A program made the position numbers and the translations under genes. 47,405 nucleotides of DNA from Octopus bimaculoides (Eukaryota), in assembly GCF_001194135.2 (NCBI RefSeq), contig NC_069001.1, positions 7,938,021-7,985,425 of the forward strand, given 5' to 3'. Below are positions 36,611 through 47,405 of the stretch, one piece after another. Numbering within the stretch: the stretch's first letter is position 1; each line of letters starts with the position of its first letter. The notes beneath the pieces were generated by a model. That model did no database searches and had not been told where the DNA came from. It saw only the letters and a program-made list of their open reading frames with translations.

Positions 36611-36790
36611 TGTATACTATTTATTATGTATTATATATATTATATATATATAGATATATTATATTATATCATATCATATTTATATTATATTATATTATAT
36701 TATATTATTATATTGTTCTACATCATAAATAACAGTGTCATTCAGATATATAATTTAGATATCCCAGAATGCAACAGTAATATTTCCAAA
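33900..36790. promoter_or_regulatory. Divergent intergenic region expected to hold the TTC8 and PAXBP1 promoters
   Basis: Lies between the two start codons; TSS positions cannot be read from sequence alone. Confidence 0.5.
34598..35447. mobile_element. Decayed RTE/RTEX-like LINE RT with inverted 5' part
   Basis: Minus 35155->34598: LKEGKAAGPDEI..LIPIP..NYRGIAL..NQNGFR..FVDFS.WFDS..DGEREFF. Plus 35162->35447: EFFQIRAGVLQGDTLAPYLFVIVLDYAL..ITDLDF..KIGL. Confidence 0.88.
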
Positions 36791-36992
36791 ATGGCTACCA
36801 TGTTTAAAAAACCTCGAAGAAATTTCAGGAGGAAAATTACGACAAGTGATTCTGAGGACGAAAATGATGGTGAAAAGGAGGAAGGACATGTGAAAGACAC
36901 ACTTAATAACGGGAACAATGATGCGAAAGTCAAAGAAAGACAGAAGAAGCGAGATGTTTCCAACCTTCTTAGTTTCGTTGATTCAGAGGAAG
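36791..36992 (+). CDS. PAXBP1: PAXBP1 exon 1 (MATMFKKPRRNFRRKI...LLSFVDSEE)
   Basis: ccaaaATGGCT start (second ATG at 36800), donor G|GTAGTG, phase 1. Confidence 0.92.
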
Positions 36993-39900
36993 GTAGTGTA
37001 TATAATATGCATAATGCATATATAATATATATTCTGTATATATTTGCCATTTATACATAGATCGGCAACTATATAACTCATGAGTACATATATATATAAG
37101 TTTAAATTAATCGTGTATATATACAGGATTTGTATTAAGTGTTATATATGCGCACAAGGACATGATTGTGTATGGGTTATATTTCAAATGTGAAAACATA
37201 ATTAGTTCTCGGCCAAATCAGTTTCTGACCCTATTAATGGTGAATGGAAGAAAACCATTATTTGTAACAGTTTTTAAAACACTTCTTCATTAATCACGGT
37301 TGTTAAAAACTATATTTAATTCCTCGTTTAATAATTTACCTGTTAATTAGTGAAGTCGATTTAATATTCTCGTGAATCCCCTTAGATGTGAACTAATGTT
37401 GTTTAGTCCCAAATCAACCCTGAATCGAGCAAATTCTATGATGGTTGAAGGCATTCTTCCAGTCATGTTCACTTTTATATTTCTCTCAGGCATTACGTAT
37501 CTCGGACTACACTATCCAATGTGTTTCCTCCTTTTTACAAACTGTATGTAATCTGTCAGAGATTTTGGCTGCTATTTCTAACAAGTATGACCACGTAGAT
37601 AAAGGCTCCATCGTAAGATCGTGTTTTTGTTCAACCCCGAAGCCAACTTGACCGTGCAACAATGCCCAATTTATTTATGAGTACATTATTTGACCTGCCC
37701 TGCGATGAAGGAAAACAGTAGGGATATGATTTGAGGTTGACTATTATTTCTGGCAGCTCTAGCTACCTCATAGAGGCCTCCCTCTTTGGCACATATTTGT
37801 ATTAAGTTTTTGCTGACACATCTACCATTTCTTCGAGACTAACTTTCGAATATTATCGTAATTCACGTAACACTGTATATAGAAATACTGTTAATGAAAA
37901 TGTGGTCTTTTTCGAAATTACTCATTAAATTTATTGAATTTACAGTGTTTTCTTTCAAAATCCGAGAAGCGTCAATCATTGCCTTGATTAACATAAACCA
38001 TTTTCCAGATATGCTTTTTGAGATCTATACTTCGATATGTTTTATTCAATTTTGGATAGGAACACACTATAAGTTTTGATTACTTCATCAATAATTTGAA
38101 ATGAAAAAGAAATTATTGAAAATATTAAAATCTTCCATAATTTAATAAGATGTTCTTGAAGCACGGTCAGCTACGTTTAAGGATATTGAAGGGTTAAAAA
38201 TATATACATTTCGTTTTTGATTTTCAAGAATCTTGACATGAACTCATGTTTTGAAACAGACTATTCATCATCATCATTTAACGTCTGTTGTCCATGCTGA
38301 CTTGGGTTGGACGGTTTGACCGGGGCCGGCACGCTGGAAGGCTGCACCAGACTCCAGTCTATTGTAGTTTGTTTATTACTGGTATAATGGCCCTCTCGAA
38401 ATACAATAAAATAAATGTTATTGAATTCGTAATGGGCAGAAAGTGTTAGTCCCGTGTCACACTTTACTCTGCAGACCTGTGATTAAAGGCGTTCCACTCA
38501 TGATCGTCCTGTCTTTATATTTTTAGGGCTCCACAACCTAATGTGTCTTTTCTCTCTCAAACCAATAAAAACGGTTTTTGAGGAAAATTTGGTAACTATT
38601 TCTTGCATGTCTATCGACTGCGTTGTATGTCAGTACGTGAGATGACCTTTTAACCTCAAAAATATTTCTCCCTCAAAAAAAAATAGTATTGAGCTGTCGT
38701 TTTATACACTGGGTATAATACGTGAGCCTTAAATCCTAACATGGCAATAGCTGATGATTGATAGCAGGCTATGTGCCAACCTAAATATTTTCTACCGAAA
38801 CAATCTGATTCACATTTTTATAAAAGTGAATCAGTCGAGGTCGACTTTACCTTTTGTCCTTTCATCATCATTTAACGTCTCTTTTCCATGCTGGCATGGG
38901 TTGGACAGTTTGACAGGGAACTGGCAAGCTGGGGAGCTGCACCACCTTCCAGTGATCTGCTTTGGCATGCTTTTTATGGCTTGATGCCCTTCCTAACACC
39001 AACCACTTTACAGAGTGTAGTGGCTGCTTTTTGTGTGGTTTTTTACTGGCGCCAGTGTTGATAAAATAAGTACCAGTTGAGCACTGAAGTTGTTGTAATC
39101 GATTAACCCCCCCTCGCTCCAAATTTCAGGCCCTGTGCTTGTAGTAGAAAGTGTTATTATTGTAAAAATGGAATATCGTAAATGTATTTTTACTTTATAT
39201 AATATGGGTGTGGTTTTAGAAAATTTTCATTTTGCTTGAGCTCTAAGGCCAGTTATCTGGTTTCCTTGACATAAAAGTGGCCAGGATAGCAACATTCCTC
39301 CTGAATGAAGTGCCAACTCATTGCAGGATTCAGAGGCAGCAGTTTTTAAAGGGAGGGGACAAATTAATTGCATCAACCCCAGTACTTTATTTCATTGATC
39401 CAGAGAGGATGAAATGTAAAGTTGGCCTCAGCAGGATTAGAACTAAGAATATGAAGAACCAAAGGAAATGTCACTAAGTATTTTGTCTGATGTGCTAACG
39501 ATTCTGCCTGCTTGCCATTTTATAGGTCTGATTACACAACAGCAAAACAATATGTATTTGTTTAGAGAAATCTATAACAACCCTTATTTTACCAATTGAT
39601 TTGCCAGAACTCTAACTTTTGATTGAGTTCAAGAAAAAAAAAACAAAAACATTTACAATAATAATCTTGCAAGTTATTCAGTGACCTTGTCGGTGCTGGT
39701 GTCACATAGAAAGCATCTACTATACTCTGTAAAGTGGTTGGCATTATGAAGGACATCCAGCCATGCCAAAACAGACAATGGAGCCTGGTGTGGTCCCTGG
39801 CCTTACCAGCTCTCGTAAAACTGTTCAACCCATGCCAGCATGGAAAGCAGATGTTAAATGATGATGATGATGATGATGATGATGTATTGTGTCAACTGGT

Positions 39901-40852
39901 AAGAGTAGTTTAGCATACATGTCAGTTGTTTTCAGAATATATATCTTAACCAATAAATATCTGGCCAGCTTGTCACGGGCTTCACAGCAAGCCTTGTTTT
40001 ATGATAGCGTTTACGTGAGTGGATATGAGTTCTCAATCTGTTACTAAGCATTCTGCTGAGTAACATTAGAATTCAGCTATCACAAGATAACCATTATTGC
40101 GTTACTAATTGAAAGAAGGAAAAATTTAGCAAGATGTTGTTATAGGGTACTGATTCCCAATTTGTTTTGTTTTTTTGTCTTTTTTTACTACTAATTTTGG
40201 CAATCATTAGTCTACCCTGACCCCTTTTAGTGTACTCCAGTTGAGTGCCGTTAAGACTCTAAAAACAGTGGTTTTCAACCAGAGTCCATGTGACCCTTAG
40301 GAATCTTTTTAGGGGTTTTTTTTGTTTTGTTTTTTTAATTTATGTACAATAAACTAGTTACACTCCTACAGTAACACTGAAATTCAATTTTCTTTATATA
40401 ACTCACTCTTTCTTTTCCAACTGGAGTATCCATGTATCTACCCAGCAGCAAGACACACATCTCTGTCCCTTTAAGCTCTCAACCGGTACAAAGCCACACC
40501 CTTCCCTAAGTACTATTGCCCTCTCCCAGTTGAAGAATTTTTGTCTTGCAAGATACTTGGTGCCATGTAAAACGCACCCATTGCACTCTGTAAAATGGTT
40601 GCCATTAGCAAGGGCATCCAGCTGTAGAAACCTTGCCAAAACAGACAATTGGAGCCTGGTGCAGCTTGCTGGCTCCTGTCAAACCATCCAACCCATGGAA
40701 GCGCGACGCCGAGCAAATGCAAGGTATAAACCTGAGATTTAATCAGTTTATTCAGTTAACGGAATACTTCATTAGTCAGGTTCTTACATGAAGAGATGGG
40801 GTGATAGCCTGGATTATAATTATCCCCTCAATTGTATATATATATATATTTA

Positions 40853-40885
<33 letters not shown>

Positions 40886-43800
40886 ACATTTATATATGTA
40901 TATATATGTGTTTTGGCCTGTGTGATGCAATAGTAGAAGACACTTGCTCAAGGTACCATGCAATGAGATTGAACCCAAATCACCATGTTACTGTGAAGAG
41001 AGCTTCTTAACCATTTACCCATACTCATGCCCATATTTGAGTAAGAGATAGCTATTGCTTGTTGTCGTGTTTTCCTATCGGAACTAAAGCAATATGTGAT
41101 CTCCATTTCTAGGTGATGCTGAAATCTTCCAAGTCAAAAAATCTAGTCATAGCAAACGGATAGCGAAACAACTAAAGAAAGAAAGTCTAAAAGAAAAAGA
41201 GGAAAGAAAGAAGACTGAAGAAGAACAACCAGCTGCACCAAAGACAGCGCCAGCCACTCCACCTGTTGAGGCACCTCCTGTAGTAAACACGGAAGAAAAG
41301 CTACGTGTAAGTTCAGAGTTAATTTGTCTTTGATTTTTGTTTTACTTTGTCTCAAATGAAATAGTCGATCATTATGATTTCACTGAGCTGGTAGAATGGT
41401 TAGCATGACAAACAAAATGCTTGGCAGCATTTCTGAGTTCAAATTCTCCCGTGGTTGACTTGATAATGTAATAATAATGGTTTCTGATTTAGGCACAAAG
41501 CTACCAATTTTGAAGGGAAGGGTTTAGTCAATATCAACAACCCCTGTACTCTTAAAGAGCTGAAGAGGAATACCACAAGATATTTAGTCCATTGCTCTAC
41601 TGATTCTGTCATACACTTATTAATTTATTATTAATAATGATAAGGTGAGCTGGCAGAATTGTTAGCATGCCAGACAAAATGCTTAGCAGCATTTCCTGTC
41701 TTTACATTCTGAGTTCAAATTCCTCCAAGGTCGACTTTACCTTTCATTCTTTAGGGGTCAATAAAATAAGAACCAGCTGAGCAGTGAGGTTGATGTAATT
41801 ACCCATCCTCTCCCCTAAAATTTCAGGCCTTGTGCTTCTAGTATAAAAAGTTATTTTGGTTTCAGCAGATAAACCCAAAGAATTTTCTGAGTTTCATAAT
41901 TTGCAAACCTTTTCTTTCCTCTTTTATCAGCGACTCCGGGAAGAGCTGTGTACTCTTAATGGAGATGATGCCCTTATAAATGAAGAGCCTGAAAGTGATG
42001 AAGAAACTCCCAAAGATCGCAAAATGTTAAGGGCAGTTTTGAAAAGTAAGTTAGCCATATTTCAACTTGTTGTTTGCTAGAAGACAGCACTTCCCTCTCT
42101 ACTTTCACTTTCCTTTTTGAGTGGAACTTGAAATTTAAATAACGATGATGAAAGTGGGATATTTTGTATTTTACTTAAAACTTCACTTGTTTCAGAGGGT
42201 GAAATCCCAGATGCTACCATGATACATATGATACGGAAGAAAAGGCAAATGGCACGAGAGATGGGTGATTTCATTCCGTTAGATGAAGCAGGAGCTAAAG
42301 CCGAGAACTCCAACTCTCGCCTCGTCAGGTGTGTAAATTTATTACATTTCTTTGCTTTTAACGAATTTGTCTGTCTGACAATTTCATTGTCTTGTGAGAC
42401 TTGGTTAGTTGAAGCTGCTGTCTCCCTCTTGTAGGATTTCATTGGTTAACACCATCAACTCTTACTGGGTGTTCCAGTTGATCCAATCAAGGGAACAATA
42501 ACAGACATTCATACCCAGATCTGGTCAGTTTGGAAAACTGCTGGAATATTTGAGTTGGATATGGCCCGTTTAAATGCTAATGGGTTAAGAGAGGTGTGTG
42601 ATGTAGCAGCAGTAATGTTTTGAGTTGAATGATGGTTGTGGAACTGTGAAAGTACTTTGTATATAATAAATCTATTTTATTTTACTTACAGAGATGATGA
42701 CCATGATAAATCAGATGATGATGATGATGAAGAAGGAAGAATAGATTTCTCTGTCAACAGAGAAGCAAGAGAACGCCAGAAGATGAAAGATGAGTTCTTA
42801 GCAGCAGAACATGGTTAGTTATTATAATATCTAATAATATTGGTTCCAAATTTTGGCACAGGGCCAGCAAGTTCAGGAGAGAGGGGTTAGTCAATAACAT
42901 CAACCCCAGTATTCAACTGGTACTTATTAACCCTGAGAGAATGAAAGGCAAAGTTGACCTTGGCATAATTTGAACTCAGAACATTAAGGCAGATGAAATA
43001 TCCCGAAGTAATTTGCCCGACCTTCGAGCAAGATCATTGCCAGTGCCCCTGGACTGGCTCTTGTGCGGGTGGCACATAAAATACACCATTTTGAGTGTGA
43101 CCGTTGCCAGTACCACCTGACTGGCCTTTGTGCGGGTGACACGTAAAAGCACCCACTACACTCTCTGAGTGGTTGGCATTAGGAAGGGCATCCAGCTGTA
43201 GAAACTCTGCCAAATCAGATTGGAGCCTGGTGTTGCCATCCGGTTTCACCAGTCCTCAGTCAAATCGTCCAATCCATGCTAGCATGGAAAGCAGACGTTA
43301 AACGGTGATGATGAATGTAAGGACAGACAAAATACTGCGAAGCATTTTGTCCAGCATGCTAACATTTCTGCCTGTTTACCACCTTGATTATCCAGTATAT
43401 ATTAGTGTTAAGAAAAAACAAGATTTATGCTTAGTCTTGAAAAGTATTTGTCTCTTTGACCACTCTCCATTGCTTCATCTTCCTCCATTTGTAAGTTTCT
43501 CCATCTCTCTTGTCTATTTTATAATAATTTAGCCTTATTTTACTTTTGATCCAGTGTGAAGTCTCAGTACGGATTGTAATAAACTTTGGGTTTTGATTAT
43601 GTTCTCTAGGTAGCGATCAAGAAGGAAGTGATCTAGAAAGCGGGTGGGAAGAGCAGCAGATTAGAAAAGCTGTCAATCTTCAACAGGTAAGTTGACTATT
43701 TTTTGGCTTTCCTCCAAATGTTTCTTTTATTTGTTTCAGTCATTTGATTGCAGCCATGCTGGAGCACCGCCTTTTAGTCGAAGAAATCATCCCCAGGACT

Positions 43801-43903
43801 TATTCTATCAGTCTCTTTTGCTGAATGGCTAAGTTATGGGGTCGTAAACACACCAACATCAGTTGTCAAGTGATAATGAGGTGACAAACACAGACACACA
43901 AAC

Positions 43904-43949
<46 letters not shown>

Positions 43950-46900
43950 GTATGTATATATACACACGACAGGCTTCTTTCAGTTTCCATCTACCAAATT
44001 CACTCACAAGGCTTTGGTCAGCCCGAGGCTATAGTAGAAGGCACTTGCCCAAGGTGCCATGCAGTGGGACTGAACCCGGAACCATGTGGTTTTGGTAAGC
44101 AAGCTACTTACCATGCAGCCACTCCTGGTTAGTTTTTTTTGGCGGGTTGGGGTGATTCATATTTCTCTTTTTGAAATAGTTCTGCATCGTATACCAAGGT
44201 GAAATATATAATATTATAGATTTTAAAATATATATATCATAAGTAATAGAACTTGATCTCTATTATATTTTTTTTTTCTAATGTGAAGGTGAGCCGCGAC
44301 GATGACCAACCAACACAGTATGCCATGCCTCCTGCTGAGAAAGGGGATGCTAACTATAAAGCTGACCAGGCGTCCTATATTAACCAAGCTGTGAAATCCA
44401 ATTTCCAACCCTTTTCCCTCACTTCCAAAGGCTCTAATGAGTTAACTCTAGAACTGATACAAAAGAAACTTAAAGAGCGGTAAGTCTGCTTGTTTTATTC
44501 CCCAACTGTCAGCGCAGGTTGGTAAGTACCATATCTATCCAGAGGCATGTATCTTCTGATGTCACCCAAGAAGCTTTTCGATTCAATGGTACACTGAACA
44601 GACAAAGCTTTTACAGACAGCAAAAGGTAGGCATAGCTTGGTGACTGGTCAACAAGAAGGACTGTTTCCACAGCATCTTCTACTGACCATCCTCAAGTTT
44701 TTTTGTTTTTTTAATATTTTATTATCCGTTGTATGAAACAAGCTACATTTGGCTTTTATATATCTTACTTGTATGGTATATGTGTCTTTGCTAGTTTATT
44801 TTTGTACAAGTATGGCATCAACAGACTTCAGATGTCAAATTTTATTCTGTTCAACATTGAATTGTTTACTATTTTGGATTTGGAATTTAATATTGTGCTG
44901 CTTTTCATTTCCTTGCAATTTAATTTTCTAAATGAATTAATCAATGTTTGGGTATATGTAACTGAATATGTTAGGGTTCCTGTCGGTATGCATTATACAA
45001 ACAGATTGACCTTTCTATGGCACAGAGCTAAGCATGGTTTTTACATGATACGTCAGCTACCTTACCAGTCTGATCCAGGAGTAAGCATAAACATATCAGG
45101 CCTCAAGTAAAGTTGCTTAGTCAGAATCTTTAACCATAGCTTAAGCCCCGGTATAGAACTGGCACCTGCTTCGTTAATTCTTAATCCGGAGAAATCGAAA
45201 ACCAAATCAATTTTCATTATATTCAATTGAAGAGTTATCAAACAGTATAAAATGTAACATATATCAAATCAGGATCATTTAATGTCAATTTTCCATGCTG
45301 GCATGAGTTGGACAGTTTGACGGAAGCTGGCAAGCCAGTGGACTGGACCAAGCTCTGTCCAATTGTCTATTTTGGCATGGACTCTATGGCTGGATGCCCT
45401 TCATAATGCCAACCACTTTACTGAGTGTACTGGGTGCTTTTATACATGGCACCAGTATGGGTGCTTTATGTGGTGCCAGCATGGACGCTCTATAAATGGT
45501 ACCGGTATGGTGCTTTTTATGTGGCACCAGCATGAGCTGCCTCAAAACTAATATATAGCTATTTTCCACGTGGCTGGCATCTCTGGTTAGTTTCGCAGTC
45601 ATTACAATTATATTCAACATTTCTTCTCTCACTGCTGAATTATTATTAATAACTTTCTTTCACCTGACTAAATTAGATATGATGACCCTAAATCGATTAA
45701 TCGATTAGTGACTGTTTGACCATGGTATATTACTTGCTCTCTTGGTTCATTCAAATCAATAACAATAATTGAACTAAGAGAAACATTATTTATTTTGATT
45801 AGGCACAAAAATAAGTCTTATAGAAACAACTTCACAACTGTCACTTATTCTCCTCATAGGATAAAAGGCAGATATCATTGAATCTGGAGGGAAATATATC
45901 TTCTTTCATCTGCAACTTATTTCTGTCTTTAGACTGTGGCCATACTGGGGCATTACCTTGAAGGGTTTAGACAAAAAAAAATCGTTTCCTGTACTTTTTT
46001 TTCTTTTTAGGTCTGGTACTTATTCTATCAGTCTCTTTTGCTGAACCATTAAGTTACAGAAATGTAAACAAACCAACACCAGTTGTCAAGCACTGGTTGT
46101 TATACTCATGTAAACTACTGAAACACTTGGTATTTATAGTGCTCCTGCCACCTCCATTACCAAGTTTTATTTGTTCTTTAGTAACTCATAGGTATAGACA
46201 TAGGTCAACTAAAGCCTTGTGTGTGAAATTTGGTAGATGGAAACTGTATGGAAGCTTGACAGAGGAACTGTTCTTCTTGTTGTTGGATAGGATAGGAGAC
46301 TGATTCCATTGCCCAGTATAACTCAACCACTTGGTCACCTTTGGGTGATTTGAGAGGAATACACTCATTTTAGTACCACCTCCTGGCCACTCTTGTGTGA
46401 CTTCAAGGGAGTACATTATTCAGACCAGACCAGATCAGATAGTCTCTGATGTGAAAATAACTTCCCCTCAGCAGCTGTCTTGAAAACCTGTAAAAAAAGG
46501 GGGGGGGAGGCTACCTCTCCTTTTCTGTCAAAAGTCATTTAAAAAAAAAGCAAGTAATTTATACAATTTTTTTTTGTATTTGCTTTCCAAGATTCCTGAT
46601 GTGATTTCATGTGTTGAAACAAATCTTGTGTCTTGGGACAGTCATTACACCAATAATAATAATAAGCACATGCACTGGTTCAATATCACTTCTTTATTGT
46701 TAGTCAATTATTTGAATATCTAACCAACTAACTAATGAATCATTTTTTAAATTTGTTTGTTAAACGATCAATTAGTTGTTTGTTAGTCAAAGTCCTTTTG
46801 TTGCTATTCATGACCTCAGTGACTTGTCCTTTCTCTCAATGTCTATTCTGAGTCTCGGACTGGGTAGACTTTGCCAGAAAGATCCCAGTGTATGGAATAT

Positions 46901-47293
46901 GGACTCAGCACAGTGGTGGTAGCATGGACATCACCGATGCAATTCTATAAGCTTTTACTTAGCAGAGTTTTATTGTTGTTTATTATTATTGTGGATATTT
47001 TTGCCTTTTTCAGAATAATTATTTTATCATTATTATTATTATTTATTATTTTCCCATGTGTTTTACTTAAAAAAAAATCTGTTTCTGATTTTGGTCTGTG
47101 CAGCTTAGATTCAATAATGGAAGTACATCGCAGTCATGTGAGCGAACATGACACACTGTCGCTTCATCTGGAAGACTCTAACAAAGAGATTGAGGAAGCA
47201 GAGAAAAGTTCTAGCATCCTAGAAGAACGGTTCAAATTCTTTCAGGAAACAAGAGGGTATGTCAGAGACTTGGTTGAGTGTCTCAATGAGAAG
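36791..47293 (+). CDS. PAXBP1: PAX3- and PAX7-binding protein 1 / GC-rich sequence DNA-binding factor family, exons 1-8 (gene continues beyond window)
   Basis: Exons 36791-36992, 41113-41306, 41931-42045, 42196-42328, 42692-42813, 43610-43686, 44289-44479, 47104-47293 splice in phase to 408 codons. Motifs MFKKPRRNFRRK, LLSF, FQVKKSSHSKRI, GEIPDA..IH..RKKRQMARE.GDF, WE.QQIRK, FFQETRGYVRDLVECLNEK match PAXBP1 as recalled. Confidence 0.95.
41113..41306 (+). CDS. PAXBP1: PAXBP1 exon 2 (GDAEIFQVKKSSHSKRIAKQLKKE...EEKLR)
   Basis: Acceptor atttctag|GT, donor CGT|GTAAGT, 194 nt. Confidence 0.95.
41643..41855 (+). mobile_element. SINE family A copy in PAXBP1 intron 2
   Basis: A/B boxes and body match; degenerate fragments also at 41385-41540. 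Confidence 0.82.
41931..42045 (+). CDS. PAXBP1: PAXBP1 exon 3 (RLREELCTLNGDDAL...RAVLK)
   Basis: Acceptor ttttatcag|CGA, donor A|GTAAGT, 115 nt. Confidence 0.92.
42196..42328 (+). CDS. PAXBP1: PAXBP1 exon 4 (KGEIPDATMIHMIRKKRQMAREMGDFIPLD...SRLVR)
   Basis: Acceptor tgtttcag|AG, donor AG|GTGTGT, 133 nt. Confidence 0.95.
42692..42813 (+). CDS. PAXBP1: PAXBP1 exon 5 (DDDHDKSDDDDDEEGRIDFSV...LAAEH)
   Basis: Acceptor acttacag|A, donor G|GTTAGT, 122 nt. Confidence 0.94.
42836..43016 (-). mobile_element. SINE family A copy in PAXBP1 intron 5
   Basis: Reverse-complement body and B box match. Confidence 0.8.
43031..43313 (+). mobile_element. Repeat family C, longest copy
   Basis: Has a duplicated 5' subrepeat TTGCCAGT...GACTGGC..TGTGCGGGTG(G/A)CAC.TAAAA. 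Confidence 0.82.
43610..43686 (+). CDS. PAXBP1: PAXBP1 exon 6 (GSDQEGSDLESGWEEQQIRKAVNLQQ)
   Basis: Acceptor ttctctag|GT, donor CAG|GTAAGT, 77 nt. Confidence 0.93.
43722..44122 (-). mobile_element. SINE family B full copy in PAXBP1 intron 6
   Basis: Reverse-complement match with internal (TA)n. Other family B pieces at about 1700-1805, 11440-11605, 19596-19833, 20657-20740, 26935-26990, 27570-27735, 28600-28725, 32085-32236, 33240-33425, 40915-41010, 45920-46260. Confidence 0.85.
44289..44479 (+). CDS. PAXBP1: PAXBP1 exon 7 (VSRDDDQPTQY...LELIQKKLKER)
   Basis: Acceptor after poly-T ...ctaatgtgaag|GTG, donor CG|GTAAGT, 191 nt. Confidence 0.9.
47104..47293 (+). CDS. PAXBP1: PAXBP1 exon 8 (LDSIMEVHRSH...FKFFQETRGYVRDLVECLNEK)
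   Basis: Acceptor ctgtgcag|C, donor AAG|GTGGGT, 190 nt. Confidence 0.95.
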
Positions 47294-47405
47294 GTGGGTC
47301 TACATATCTTTACAACTTCTACCAAAATATCAGGCTATTGAAAGATTTGAGTAAAAAAAAAAAAATGTTTTGTATATCTTTAGAATATTATTTTCTTTAT
47401 TATTG

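Noticed and set aside
46871-47103. N-terminal extension of the last PAXBP1 ORF
   Set aside because: Intronic read-through upstream of the acceptor at 47103; no homology.

Overview
Repeat-rich, AT-rich animal genomic DNA with about 15 assembly gaps (N runs) and very dense microsatellites. The SINE families and repeat load point to a cephalopod, probably Octopus (inference, no search run). Two spliced protein-coding genes could be built by hand with GT-AG sites and consistent phases. They lie head-to-head about 2.9 kb apart. TTC8/BBS8 is on the minus strand (11 coding exons, 24082-33879; the 5' end of exon 6 is in a gap; about 502 aa if about 22 nt are hidden there). PAXBP1/GCFC1 is on the plus strand (exons 1-8 from 36791, 408 codons, continuing past the window end). 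The left 24 kb has no recognisable host gene. It holds decayed mobile elements: an R4/Dong-like LINE, a Penelope-like RT, a Tx1/L1-like 3' end, a hAT transposon, a MITE and three abundant SINE-like families. Best leads: (1) a compact hammerhead-ribozyme fold with a one-base core insertion (4451-4490) beside the Penelope-like RT; (2) an RTE-like LINE whose 5' part is inverted with twin-priming-like geometry between the two genes; (3) a SINE that stacks into its own (ATT)n tail, with one copy carrying a tail similar to the Tx1-like LINE end; (4) an inverted SINE pair tightly bracketing PAXBP1 exons 3-5. Penelope hammerheads are a known class, so any novelty would be the variant or family, not the class. 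Long ORFs in the supplied track are mostly artefacts of N runs and microsatellites.
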